From: Cyanophora paradoxa CCMP329 | Lineage: Eukaryota > Plantae > Glaucophyta | Length of the DNA: 64,000 nucleotides | Assembly (NCBI GenBank): GCA_004431415.1 | Contig: QPMI01000184.1 | Coordinates: 124,001-188,000, forward strand | Direction of reading: 5' to 3' | Part shown: one piece after another, positions 12,484 through 25,700 of the stretch | Numbering within the stretch: the first letter of the stretch is position 1 | How the letters are laid out: every line of letters begins with the position of its first letter | Made by a program: the position numbers and the translations under genes | The notes under the pieces: generated by a model | The model's input: only the letters and a program-made list of their open reading frames with translations | What the model was told of the DNA's origin: nothing | Databases searched by the model: none

Positions 12484-15400
12484 TCAGATGTTGTCGCCGT
12501 AGCCGCCGTCCGACGACTCCGAGCCGCTGGACGACTCCTGGCCCTTCCCCTTCTTCTTCTTGCCACCCTTCTCCTTCTTCTTCCGCTTGTCCTTCTGCGC
12601 CGCCCGCTCGACCACTCCCCATCGCAAGCGGGGCGGGGGCGGGGGCGTGCCTTGGCCTCCTTGGCCCGGCGCTCCTGCTCCTTGCGCTCCTTGCGGTTCC
12701 TCGCGATCCGCCCGTCGCCGCGGCCCCCGCCCCCGCCGCCGCCGCCGCCATCGCTGTCGTCGCTGTCGCCGCCGCCGCGCCCGAGGTGCTGCGGGGAGGG
12801 CGCCTCAGAGGGAGCGCGGGGCGCCCCGGCGTCGCTCGCGGGCGCCTTGGCCATCGGGTCCTCCTCTTCGTCGTCCGACTTGGCGAAGGCGCCGGCGCGG
12901 CCCATGGCGACCCCCATCTTCTCCGCGTCGCCCCAGCCGGCCCGGATGCTGCCCGCCCCGCCCCCTCAGCATCGCCGGCGGCAAGTCTGCGGGATCGTGG
13001 AGGGGCGCGCCTGACGACCCCCCTGGGGACGGCCGGCCCGCCCATCTCCTCGTCGCTCTCCTCCTCGCTGCGGCCGGCGCGCGTGAGACTGGAGCTGGGG
13101 CGGGGCGGCGCGGCGGGGGGAGGCGGGGCGCGCCTGCCGAAGCCGCGGGAGGTCATCTCCTCGAGCTTCGAGCCGCTCCCGCCGCCCGCCCGCCCCGCCC
13201 CCGCCCCGCCCGCCGCCGCGCCCGCCGCCGACGCCGCCGCCGGAAGGAAGGCGTCCCCGCCGTCGTCGTCCTGCTGCTCGCCCCGAGCGTCGGCCTCCGC
13301 GAGGGGAGGGGCGGCGCGGGGAGCGCGCGCACGCCGGGGGCGGGGGCGGCGGCGTTGACGCCCAGGCCCAGCTCCCGTGCCCGCTCGGGCCCGCCGCCGC
13401 CCTCGATGTACTGCGGGCCCGTCAGCGCGGGGGAGAGGAGGGGAGCGGGCGGGGGGCGGGGCCTGGGTCCAGTCGAAGGGGTCCCACATCTTGACGAAGT
13501 CGACGACGGCGGCGCGCTCGCGCTCGAAGCCGAGGCGCTTGGGGCGCATGTACGAGTCCGGGTTAAGGTCCAGCATCCCCGCCAGCACCTCCTGCGGGGG
13601 GCTTCAAAGGCGCCTCGAGGGGCCCCCCGCCCGCCCGCCCCGCGCACCCGCCCGAAGTACCACGGGAAGACCTTCTCGTCCTCGATGACGTGCGCGAAGC
13701 CGCCGCCGGCCTCCTGGCCCCCGAACTGGAGGCGGGGAGGGGTCAGGCGGGAGAGAGGGCCGTGGCAGGGCGGGGAGGGGGCGCCTCGACGTGGAAGTAG
13801 GGGAAGTCCTTGGGGACGGAGCGGCGCAGGCCCTTGCCTCGCGTGTCGATCACCTGCGCGGGGCCGCTCGACGGGGCGCCGGGGGCAAGAAGGGGGGAGG
13901 GGGCGGGCCTTCTTGTGGGTGGACCACTCCTCGTCGGCGTTGAGGAGGGCCTGCTTGAAGTACATCGGAGCGTCGTTCGCCAGCTGCGGGGGCCCCGCTC
14001 AGGGTCCCGGGGGGGTGGAGGGAGGCGGTGGGGGGGCGGGCGGGACCTTGCGGGGCAGGGGCACGCACTCGATGAAGGTGTGCGGCATGCGCCCGAAGTT
14101 GAAGCACGTCTCCATGAACACCGGCACCTGCCCGCCCCGCCCGCCCCCTCAGGCCCGCCCCGCGAGGAGGCGGGGCGGGGGCGGGGGCGGGCGGGCCTTG
14201 CGCTGCTCGTCGAACATGCGCTCGAGGGCGCGGCGGAAGCCGGCGACCTCGTCCCACAGGTCCTCGTCAAAGTCCGTCGACGCCTGCGCGCGCCCGCCTC
14301 AGCCGGCGCGCCGGCGCGAGCGGCGCGTCCCGTCGAACGCTTCGGACGGGCTCCCCCGCGGGGCGGGGGCGGACCTTGGCGTGGTTCATGGGGACGATGA
14401 GGCAGTGGCCGGGGACGAGGGAGCCCTTGGAGGGGAGGCACAGGTACGCCTTCGCCCCGATCGACACGATCAGGTGCTTCGCCTTCTGCGGCGGGCCTCA
14501 GGGTGAGCCGCAGGGTGGGCCGCAGGGGAGCGCTGGGCGGCGAGGGCGCGCGCCCGCGGGTTCTCGAAGCAGAGCGTGCACTTGTCCATGATCGTCGAGA
14601 TCCGGTTCGTCGCTGCCCCCGCCCCCGCTCAGGAGGGAGAGCAGCGGGGTGGGGGGAGGGGGCGGGGGGAGGGCACCGTTGATGGCGCGGGCGCGCTGCT
14701 TCTCCTCGGCGCGGGCGGGGTCCTGGCGGACCTTGCCCTTGCGCTCGGCCTTGGTGATGGCCCCCATGCGGAAGCCCTCGACGCCCCCCTCCCCCTCCCC
14801 GTACTCGTCGTCCTCGCCCCCCGCGTACCGCTTCTTCTTCGCGATCCGCCCCGCCATGTCCCCGTCGTACCCCGTCAGCCCCTTCTCCTTCTGCGGGGGC
14901 GTGAGGGGGGGAGGGGGCGGCGGGGGGCGGCGGGGCGGGCCTCGCGGCGGAGGAGGGTCTGGACGTCGGCCTCGTCGTCGTTGAAGTAGCGGCCGCGCTC
15001 CGCCCCCGGGCCCCCCTCCGCAGCGCCCTTCGAGCCCGGCGGCGGCGGGCTCGCCCGCGCCGCGATCGGCCGCCCGTTCTCGTCTGAGAGGAGGGCCCCA
15101 GGTGAGGCGAGGGAGCCCTCAGAGAAGGGGCACGCGCCCGGGCCGCACGCACCGATCTCGGCGATGACGCGGACGTCCTTGCCCCCCGAGCTGCGCGCCG
15201 GCCCGTCGCGCCGCGCCCCGGGGCGCCGCGCAGGGCGCAGACGCACCGCCCGGGCGCCGCGCGGGCCGCCCGGCTCCGCCTGCGGGGGCGGAGCCGGCCT
15301 TGGCGGCCTTGAGGCGGTCGAGGAGGGCGCGGAGGCGCGCCGCCTCCTCCTTCTTGCCCCGCATCTCCGCCTTCATCAGGTCCGCCGCCAGCTTGTTCGC

Positions 15401-17591
15401 GTCCAGCCCCGACACGTCCTCCTCCCCGCCCCCGCCCCCGCCCCCGCCCCCGCCGGGGCCGGCGCCGCCGCCTCCTTTCGTGCAGGCGGGGCGGCCTCCT
15501 CCTTGGGCGGGGGCGGGGCCTCCTCCTTCGGGGCGGCCTCGCGGGGCGCCTCGCGGCGCTCGCGCTCGTACTCCCGCTCCCGCTCCCTGCGCAGCGCCCG
15601 CCCTCAGGGGCGGCCGTGCGGGAGGCGCGCGCGGGGCGCACGAGAGGCGCTGGCGGGCGTCGGCCTCGACGTCGGCCGAGGCGCGCTCCCAGGCGAAGCC
15701 CTGCGGCCCGCTCTCCCGCCCCGCCTCCGAGCCCCGCGCGCGCCCCCCTCCCGCCGCCGCATCCGCCCGTACTCGTCCTGCGCCCCCTCGCCCCTCGGCG
15801 GGGGCCGCAGAGGGGGAGCGGGGGGAAGCGGACCGTCTCCTCCTCGGGGGGCCCCTCGCCGGGCCGCCGCATGCGCCGCCCCGCGTCCGAGCCGCGCCCG
15901 CCGCTCTCCCGGTCCCGCAGCCGCTCCCGGTGCTCCCGGTCCCGCTCCCTTCCCCCGGCACGGCCCGTCAGAGGCGGAGGCGGAGGCGGCGGCGGGGGAG
16001 GAGGAAGGCGGGCCTGTCGTCGCGGGGGTCGCGCTCCCGCCGGTCGCGGTCGCGGTCGCGGTCGCGGCGGTCGTCGCGGCGGTCGTCGCGGTCGCGGTCG
16101 GAGGTGGAGGAGATGCGGTCCAGGGCGGCCTGCCGCTCCCGCAGCGTCTCCTCGTCCCCCCGCCCCTCCTCCCGCGCCTTCTGCACCGCCCGTTGCTGCC
16201 CACGCGTCAGCGCCGGCCGCCGTGCGCTGGGCGGCGGGGGGTGTCGGGAGGGCGGGCGCACCCGCCAGCTGGCGGCGCTGGAGACGGAGCCCGTGCTGAG
16301 CGCCGGGCTCGGCGTCGCCGCCGCCCTGCGCGCGCCGGCCTCAGCGCGGGGGCGGGGCGGGGCGGGCGGGGCGGGCCGGCCGCACGGGCGGCGTCGCGCA
16401 GGGCGGCCGCCTCGTTGGGGTCCTTCGGCGGCAGGTACCCCACGTGCGCGTACGGGTTCAGCTCCCGCGCGTGCGGCTTCTGCGCGCGCGCGCGCCCCGG
16501 GGCGTCAGCTGCAGGTCTGGGCGGCCCTGCGGGGCGAGCGCGCGCGCCTCCTCTGGTTCGGGCTTCTTCTCCTCCTCCTTGGGAGGCGGCTTGGGCCGGG
16601 AGGAGGCCTGCGGGGCCAGCATCCAGCTGCTCCGCACGCGTGAGCCGCGCCGAGCGGGGCGCGAGCTCCGGCGGCTCGCCTGTCGCGCTGGATGGAAGGC
16701 TCGACCCTGGAGGCCCCCTGAGGGACGTCCGCCGAGATGCGCGGCGGCGAGGGCGCCGGCGGCGGCATGCGCCGCGCCGCCTCGGCGGCCGCCTTGGCCT
16801 TGTCCCCGTCGGAGGCCCCGCCCTTGCCGTCCTTCTCCTTGTCCTCGCTCTCCGAGCCCGAGCCCGAGTCGGACGAGTCGGAGGACGAATCCGAGCCCTT
16901 CTTGTGCTTCTTGTGCTTCTCCTTCTTCTGAGGGGTGCGTCAGCGGTCAGCGCCGGGGGGAGGGCTGGCCCAGCCCAGCGGCGCTCGCCTTGTCCTTTTC
17001 CTTATCCTTCTTCTTGTGCTTCTTCTCCTTGCGCTTCTTTTCCTTGCGCTTCTTCTTCTCGCGCTTCTCCTCCTTGCGCCGGCGCTTAGCCTCCCGCTCC
17101 GGGTCGACCTTCTCCGGGGACGCTGGCCTGGGCTCCGCCGGCTGTCGGCGGCGGTCCGGCGCATCAGCTCCCCGCCCGCATCGCTCCAATGGGCGACCGG
17201 CGTGCTATGCACGAGGAGCACGGCCGCGTACGCGCTCGCTGACGGACCTTCGGCTCGCTCGGCGGCTCGGGGGCCGGCGCTGGGGCAGAGAACGTCGGCA
17301 GGGCGGCGAGGCGCCGGGCCTGCTCCTCCTGCGCGGCCTGATCGGCCTGCAGGCGCTTCTCGAGGTTTGGCGCGACCCATGCGGCCTGCGAATTGCTCCC
17401 CGTCAGCTCGCTCCGATCGGCCCGCGTCCCATGCGTCAGAAGCGTACCTCGCCCGAATCGATGCGTCGCTTGCGCTCCTTGCGCTCCTCTTGCTCCTCCT
17501 CAACTTGCTGCTTGCGTCGCTCCTCCTTTAGCTTCTCCTTGGCCTCCCGATCGGCCTTGATCGACGCCTCCGAGATGAATCGGACGGCCAT
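12484..17591 (-). CDS. CWF19L2: CWF19-like protein 2 (CwfJ C-terminal domains; spliceosome-associated)
   Basis: Lys/Glu/Arg-rich N-terminus ([24 protein letters not shown]); CwfJ motifs [83 protein letters not shown]. Last exon inferred as ..[25 protein letters not shown]. Confidence 0.85.
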
Positions 17592-17732
17592 CGGTCGCGG
17601 CTGCTGATTGCTGGTCGCTAGCTGGCCGGTCGCTCTTGCTTTATGCTGTACCCAAATCGCGGCGGCCGAAACTGCTCGTCTACAGCCTTCTCAGGCGTCC
17701 CGAAAGTAGCTACAGAGCGCCTGCAGAGCGGG

Positions 17733-19957
17733 ATGCAGAGCGCCTTCTGCGCAGCCCAGCTGCCACTGATCGGTGACCCGATCGGCGCGGCCCAGCTGTC
17801 GCTGAACCATGGCCGCTGCGCCGCGCCGACGGCAATCGTCGACGTCCGGAACGCGCAGCGTCAGCCCCGGAGCCGCGCCGCGCCCTCGGCCTGGCTGGCC
17901 GGTGACGCCCTCGAGTCACGGAGGAGGCGCTTTGCGGCGCGGCCGGTGCCTCGCTTTGACACGCACCGGCCTTGCATGCCTTGGCTTCCGCGTGCCGAGT
18001 CCGGAAGCGCGGACAGGAGTCCGAAGAAGTCCAGCAGCCTGAAGGTTCGCCGCGCTGGCCCGCGGGCGAGCGCGCGCGAGAGCTGACGCGGACTGGTAGC
18101 TGCGGGACTGGTTCGAGGTGGTCAAGCGCAAAGAGCAGGCGCGCCGGATCGCCGCCCTATCGTTCTGGTTTTCGCCGGACCGCCGAATCATAGGCCAGGC
18201 CGCTGATCGCAGGCCGCGCGGCAGGAGCTGAAAGACGTGGCGGAGGTCTTTCTGATCGACGAGGGCGAGGGGATGCGGCTGCAGCTGGAGGAGGAGATGT
18301 TCAGGCTGCCCCCGGGCGAGCTGGCGGCGGCCATCACGGCGATGAGTCAGGGCGTGCTCGGCGTGATGGCATACTTCCAGATCTGCGACATGCAGCTCCA
18401 GGAGTACCAGGAGGTCCCCGCCCACGCGCAGCCCGCGCGCCGCCTCCCCTCGAGCCGCGCGCACCGGCGCCGGCCCACGCGCGGGGGGCGGCAGGAGCTG
18501 AAGTGGGCGGCGGAGGCGGAGGACAGGGGCGACGGGGACGCGGCGGTGGTGGCGGTGCGGGAGAAGCTGGCGGCGATGCGGGCGCGGGCGGCGCAGCTGT
18601 ACGCGCGGGTCGAGACGCAGCAGGAGCGGCTCTCGGGGCAGCTGCTGGAGCGGCTGGGGTCGATGCCGGAGATCGCGGGCGGGGAGGGCGGCGCCGGGGG
18701 CCGCAAGGACGTGATGGACGCGGCGAAGGAGTTCGTGCGGCGCCCGCCCCCGGACCCCCGCGACGCGCCCGTCCCCTCCTTCTTCTTCGCCGTGCCCGCC
18801 CCCGCACCCCCGGCCCCGCGCCCCCTCCGCCCCCGCCGACGCGCGCGCAGAGCCGCGAGATGCTCGAGGAGCAGGCGGCCGCGGGGGAGGGCGCGGAGGC
18901 GGAGGAGGAGGCGGGGGAGGAGGCGGGGGAGGAGGAGAGGCCGGCGTCGCCGGCGCGGCCGCCCTCGCCCGCGCGGCCGGCCTCGCCCTCGCCCCAGCGC
19001 CTCGGCCCCCTCCCGGGCGGCCAGAAGCCCCTCCTCGCCCAGGAGACCTTCCTCTTCTGGTCCAAGATGTCCTCGGTAACCCTTCCCCCCCCCTCCGCCC
19101 CGCCGCGTCGTACCCCGGAACGAGCTGGCGCGCGGCAGAACGACATCGGGGACCTGAACGCGTTCATCCAGGCGTCCCTGCAGCGGCGCGAGGTCGCCGC
19201 CGCCTTCGTGCCCGTCGCCTCCGCCGCCCTCTTTGTCGCCCTCAAGGTGCGAGGCCCGGGGTCGGGCCCCCGCGGGGCCTCTTGCAGGGAAGAGAGAGGC
19301 CGGTGCGCGGCAGGCGCGGACGTTCGCGTTCGGGGGCGAGGAGGCGATCGACGCGGCGATCCTGGCGGGGGAGACGTGGACCTCCGGCTGGCTCCCCTGG
19401 CTCCTCTGGTGCCTCTCCGGCCTATCTCTCCACTTGCGATCCGGAAGATCATTCATAGATTCACACTTGGAACAGGTCCTTCGGGATCTGGGTGGCGTCG
19501 TACCCCCTGACGCTCGTGTACGGGGCGCTGAGCGTACCCTGGAGGCCCGAGGACGGGCGCCCCTCCCTCCTCGGCATCCGCGAGATCCTCGTCAACAGGC
19601 GGTCCGCGTACCCCGCCTGCGGATGCATGTACCCCTCCCACGCCCCCGCAGGCGGCTGCTGGAGGAGGGCCCGGACGCGTTCCCGATCAAGGTACCCTCC
19701 CCTTTTCCCTGTTCCAGGCTCGCGTCCGTCTTCTCACGGTACCCCCCGCGCAGACGGGCCCGGGGTTCATCATTTACGACATCGTCAAGTTCCTCAGCGG
19801 CGGGGGAGAGAAGGGCGAGGACGGAGACGGGGGCGGCCCGCCCTCCCCGGGGCCTCGCTCCCCCGGGCCGCGCTCGCGCACCCCGGGGCCCAGCGGCAGC
19901 CGGCGCCCCGAGGCGCCTGGGGACGAGGCCGGCGGCGGCGGAGGCGGCAAGGCGTGA
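17733..19957 (+). CDS. Hypothetical plastid-targeted protein with coiled-coil and C-terminal hydrophobic segments, spliced
   Basis: MQSAFCAAQ... Ser/Arg/Ala-rich transit-peptide-like N-terminus; coding-like exons (VAEVFLIDEGEGMRLQLEEEMFRL; VAAAFVPVASAALFVALK; WTSGWLPWLLWCLSG) bounded by GT/GC-AG introns. No family recognised. Confidence 0.55.
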
Positions 19958-20274
19958 CGGACTGCACCCCCGCCCCCCCTCGATTCGCATTAGTCGCATT
20001 TCAATCACAGTCAGTGAGCAGATCTAAAGCAATCAACAGGGTATGCGGGTTCGGCTCCGAGAGAACGAGGCCGGAGCCCCTGCTGATCTGCGAAAAAGAT
20101 CGACTCGAATTAAATATAAGAGAGAGACTCGAATATCGAGGGGGTACGTATAAACAGCAAGAGAAGCGGAATTAAGGTGGCGCGAAGAAAGACTCGACAG
20201 CGCACGTGACGGCACCGATCAACTGCAGAATCCGGCTCCGGCCGCGAAGGGCCGCCGGGCCTCGAGATTCGAGG

Positions 20275-21956
20275 ATGGCCGTGGCGCGTCCGACAGGGAT
20301 CTTTGTCCAGGACATCCCCGAGGATCTTCGCTGCCCAGTTTGCCTGGGGATCCCGGCCTCCACCGTCCAGGTGCGCTCGATACGTATACGTGCCTTCGCG
20401 GAGCGCGGTTATTCGCGGGCGACAGCAGACTTTCGCATGCGCAGGTTTCTTGCAATGGACGGCACAACATGTGCCGGAGCTGCCATGATCGGCTTTTCCA
20501 GCGACATGGCCGCAACACGACGTGTCCCCTGTGCGCACGCCGGTGGCCAGGTCTCGTTTGAATTCCCGGTCTGAATTCGAGAGACGACGTCCGCAGCTGC
20601 CGCCAGCCGATTGACATGGCTCTTTCGCGCGAAAACGAGAACGCCGAACGCGAAATTGAAGCTCAGACAGCGTTGTGCGCCGCGGAAGTAATGCGGAAGC
20701 TTTTTTTCTCGTGGCTCCTGCTGACTAGCGTCGCAGCTGCCAGCACCGCGATCGTGGCTGCAATTGGCAGGGGCCTCTTGGCGCTCAGCAGCAGCACCTG
20801 CGGACCTGCCCCGCCATTCACGAGACGCGTACCTGTCAAGGCTGCCGCGCAACTTTCCTGCTCACTGAGTTCGACGTGAGCGCAATTTTCGCGCCATCTA
20901 AATTTTCGCGATAAAGAGCGCGCGCACAGGCCCACAAGCGGGAATGCGACCGTGTCCCTCGCCTTTGCGAAAATTCCTGCGGGGCTATGATCGCTAACGC
21001 CGACAAGGCTGGCCACGTCGGTAAGCAGCTGCAGGCTAAACGCGAGCCGGAGCGATGATGTGCACGCGCAAAATTCCAATTCTTTCGCAGGCGCCTGCCT
21101 CGCGCGGCTGAGGGAGTTGTACCTCGCGTCTGCGGCGGAGGCGGAGGCGGCGTCAGAGCAACTTCAGGACATCCTGTCGGGGCTGGACGAGGGCGAGCGC
21201 CTCAGGAGCGCGCGCGTCGAGGAGCTGGGCGCCCTCGCGGAGGCAGCGGAGGCGCGGGCCCGGCAGCTCGACGAGCGTGTCGCGGAGCTGACCGGCCGCC
21301 TGGAAGCATCGGAGCGCATCGCAGCAGAAGCGGTCCGCGACAAGTCGGAGGAAGCCCGGCGCGCAGCGGACCTGCAGGCGCGGCTCTCGGCGTCGGAGCG
21401 GGGGGCAGCGGACCAGCAAAATCTGAACGCGGAGCTCCGGAATCTGACAGCGGAGCTGCAGACGCGGCTCGCAGCGTCGGACCAGAAAGCGACCGACCTG
21501 CAAGCGCGGCTTGCGGCGTCGGAGCGGGGCGCCACGGACCTGCAGGCCCAGCTCGCTGCCTCGGAGCTGCGGGCGTCGGAGCTGCAGACGTGGGTCGCGG
21601 CCTCGGAACAGCGGGCGGAGGATCTGCGCGCTCGCAATTCCGAGCTCCAGGGGCAGTTGCAGGCGGGGCAGCTGCAGGGCACGCGCGTTCAGGAGCTTGA
21701 AGGGCTGCTCGCCAAGGCGAAGGAGGAGCTTGCGCGCAAGGTGCGCTCCGCTCGAATTTAATTTGTTGCGTTGCCAATTGCATGATCATGAACCGTGTGA
21801 ATTCGAATGCAGCGCGGGCAGGCGGGGTGCGACTCAAAGACCTTCCTCAAGCTCCTCGCGGTCGCGTTGATGGGGGCGATCACCGCGGTCGTCCTCGGCT
21901 CCATTCAGGGGCCTCAGCGCCCTCGCGATCAAGCCCCAAGCGCGAGCCACAAGTGA
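20275..21956 (+). CDS. RING + TRAF-type zinc finger + coiled-coil protein with C-terminal TM anchor (putative E3 ligase)
   Basis: Spliced RING CPVC...CNGRHNMCRSC...CPLCR; TRAF-like zinc finger CQHRDRGCNWQGPLGAQQQHLRTC..CQGC..HKREC; coiled-coil exon 21091-21740; phase-0 last exon AGCDSKTFLKLLAVALMGAITAVVLGSIQ..HK*. Confidence 0.75.
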
Positions 21957-22793
21957 TCGGGAGGCGAGAGCCGCTGAGCCGGTACCGGTCCCGGGTGCGA
22001 AATTTTGACAAATTTCAACGCCGGCGCCGGCGGCATTTGACAGCACACATGTACACAAACACCTGCTCGTCTTAGAATCATGATCAGCCGCCGATCATGA
22101 GCCTTCGAAAGGCCCCAATCTCTGATCCGATGAGCATCGGATGTTGTCGAGTTGTGCCACGCCGTGACGGTGTCAGTGCACGTGGTCAGATGCACTGCAG
22201 ACACCGAAGAACCTTTGTGTGTTTTGCCTCCGACTCGGCGAGCTGAGTCGAGGCTGGCCTGCTCTGGCCTTGGCAATTGCAATTGTGCCACCGTGCCACG
22301 GTGGACACGTAGAGAGATAGAAAAAAAAATTTGCTCGGATAGGTCCGGCCAGGCAGGGAGGGGGTTGCCCCCCTCCCCACGCGCCGCTGTTTACGTAGAG
22401 AGATAGAGCAGACTGTGACAACCAATTGCAAATGACCGGACCGTGCGAGCTCGCGACTGAGTCCTGATCAAGAGCTTCATCATGCAGTCGAGTCAAGAAG
22501 AAAAGGCGATGGCGAAACGTTGGCTCTGACCAGCTGCAGGAAACCAAACTCATGATCAGAAACTGCATTCGTACACATTGGTCACTGGACAATTAGAAGA
22601 GCCCCGCTCAGGGCTCAGGGAAGTTGTAGCTACGTAATGAAAGTGGACTCGCACACGGATGCTTACGTTTACATGCACGCTGTAAATTTAGATGTCGCCA
22701 CGTTGTACAGGGCGCTGACTGCGAAGCTTGAAAGGGAGGTGCTCTAGCTCTAGATCTACAGGGGACTCGCGAGCTCCGAGGGGGTGCACGTGG

Positions 22794-25700
22794 TCACCGG
22801 TGGCGGGAGTCGAAGGAGACGATGGTCATGCCAGCGGGGACGCCGCGGGGGGCCTGGGGCGGCAGCACGCCCCCGGCGAGGGCGAGGCCCGGCGGGGCGG
22901 CGAGCGCCGGCAGCGGGCTGAACTGCGGGCTCCCCTCCGGCGTCCCCATGCTCGAGCCGCTGCGAGGCGACGGGGGTGAGGGGCTCGGACACGAAGGGGG
23001 CCCCAGTGGGGGGGTGGGCGCACGCGCGGCTCTCGTGCTCGAGGAGGCGGGCGCGCAGCTGCGCCACCTTGGCCTCGAGCTGCGCCCCGGGGGGTCGGGA
23101 GGCGCGGGGCGGGCGGGGGCGCTCTGGGGCGGGGGCGCGGGGGCACCTTGAGGGAGCGGTCGGCGTCGATGCGCTCGGGGATGCTCGCCGCGCTGAGCGC
23201 CTGCGGGGCCACGGGTCAGGCGGGGCCGCGCGCAAGAGCGGGGCCTCGCGGGGCGCACGAGGGTCTCGCGGGCCTCGAGCTGGCGGGCGCGGCGGGCGAA
23301 GGCGAGGCCCTCGGCGTGCACCGCCGCCAGCCGCCCCTCCAGCTCCCCCCGCTGCCCTGCCCCCGCCTCCCCTCGGGCCCGGCGCGGGGGGGGGGGGGGG
23401 GGGGGAGGCGGGCACCTCCATGGCCTCGGCCGCCTCCTGCAGCTTCCGCCCCGCCTCCGCCTCGAGGGCCCGCATCTGGCCCACCGCGTTCTGCCGCCCC
23501 GCCCCGCCCCGTCAGGCCGGCGGGGGATGGGAGGGCGGGGCGGGGCGGGGCGGGGGCGCGCCTCGTAGGCCTCCTCGGCCTCGGAGAGGCGCTCGGCGAG
23601 GGCGGCGGCGCCGCGCTCCGCCTCGTCCCGGCCCCGCCGCACCTCCTCCGCGAGCGCCGAGACCTGCCGGCCGTCAGCGGCGGGGGCGGGGGCGGGGGCG
23701 GGCCGGGGGCGCGCGATGGCGCGGAGCTCGACGTTCTCCTCCTCGGGCTCAGCGCCACTCGCCCCAGCGCCCCCGCCTGCGGCGACGCCGGCGAGAGCAG
23801 CCCGCTGGCGGCGCGGGTGAGCGGAGGGGGCGGCCGCGCGGGCAAGGGCGGCGGCGGGCGTACAGGGAGATGCCGCGGGCCTTGGCGGGCGGGGGCGTCG
23901 CTCCGCCCCCGCTGACCGCCGCCAGGAGCGCCGCCGCCGCCGCCCCCGGGGCCCGCTTCGAGTCGAGCATGCCCGCAGCTGCCGACCCGTCAGGTGCAGC
24001 GTGCCGCGAGGGCGGGGGTGCAGGGGGCACCTCGGTGGTGCGCTTCTTGAGCTCCTCGGCGTCCCGCTCGGCCCTGCCGGCCCCGCTCAAGGGCGCCTCG
24101 GCGGCACGGCGCCGGGCAGCAGCGGAGGAGCAGCGGGCGCACCGCTCGCGGAGCTTGGCCGCCTCGTCGGCGCGGCGGCCTCGTCGCGGCACTGCCGCTC
24201 GGCCTCCGCCCGCGCCGCCGCCTCCCGCTCCGCCGCCGCCCGCGCCCCCGCCGCCTCCGCCCGCGCCGCGTCCGTTGCCCGGGCGCGCGCGAGCAGCGGC
24301 CCCTCGGCCGCCTCCGCGGCGACGGCCGCGAGGAGCGCCGCGGCGTCGGCCTCGAGGGCCGTCAGCGCCGCCACCGTCTCTCGGTGCGCCTGCGAGCGGA
24401 TGAGAGGGGCGGAGCGGGGGGCGGGCAGCGGGGGCGCGGGCGGCGCGCCCTCTCGAGGTCGCCGGAGGGCGGGGCCGGGGCGGCGGCAGCAGCGGCGGCC
24501 TTGGAGGGGGCCCCGTGACGGCGGCGGCGGCGCGGCCGGCGGCGGCGGCGGCCTTCCAGGCGTGGGAGTAGACGGCGGCGCGGGCGGCGTCGGCGGCCTG
24601 GTGCGCCACGACCGCCGCGAGCTCCTTCTTCGACGCCGTCTCCCGCGCCCGCCCCGCCTGCTCCGCCCGCGCCTCCGCCTCCTTGGCCCGCCCCGCCGCC
24701 TCCGCCGCCGCCGCCCGCAGCCGCTCCGCCTCGCCGGCGCGCGTCTCCGCCTCGCGCGCCGCCTCGTCCCGCTCCGCCGCCGCCGCCCGCGCCGCCGCCT
24801 TGCTCCCGTCCGCCTCCAGCTGGCCCGGAGGCTTGAGGGGAGCAGGGAGACGAGCGGGGGGAGGCGGGGGGGACCTTGGCGGCGGCGAGGGCCGTCTCGA
24901 GCTCGGCGACGAGGGCCCACGCGCTGTCCGCCTCCCGCTGCTTCGCCGCCCCCGCCGCCTCCGCCTCCCGCCTCCGCCCCGCCCCCGCCTCCGCCTCCGC
25001 CAGGCCCTCCCGCGCGCGCAGCAGCTCCTCCCGCGCCTGCACCCCCGCAGCGTCAGACGCCGGCACCCCGCGCCCCTCCTTTTCGAGCCGCGCACCCCGG
25101 CGAGGGAGCGCTCGAGGGCGGCGCTCGCCGCCTCGGCCTCGCGGGTGCGCTTCGCGGCGGCCTCCGCCTCCGCCAGCCGCTCCTTCGCCACCCGCAGCTC
25201 CTCCTTCGCCTGCGCCGCCGCTCAGCGCGAAGGGGAGAAGCGAGCGGGGGCGGGGGCGGGCGGGGGCGGGCGGGGGGCGGGCGGGGACGGACCCCGGCGA
25301 GGGACTTCTCGAGGGCGGACATGAGGGGCCAGGCGCGGTCGAGCTCCTCCTGGCGGGCGGCCGCGAGGGCCTCCGCTTCGCGCAGCCGCCGCCCGCCTCC
25401 TCCCCCGCCGCCTCCAGGCCCCGCGCCCGCTCCCCGAGCCCCTCGCCTCCTCCTCCGCCCGCCCCGCCGCCGCCGCCGCCTGCGCCCCCGCTCGGCGCCG
25501 CGCCGCCGGGGCGGGCGGGGCGGGAGGGGCCGCACCTTGGCCTCGGCCTCGCGGGCCTCGCGGGCGGCCTGCTCCGCGGCGACCGCCGCGCGCTCCGCCT
25601 CCTCGCGCCGCCGGCGCGCCTCCGCCGCCGCCGCCTCCGCCTCGCCGACGCGTGCCCGCAGCTGCTCGGCCTCCCGCTCCGCGCGGGCCGCCCGCTGCCC

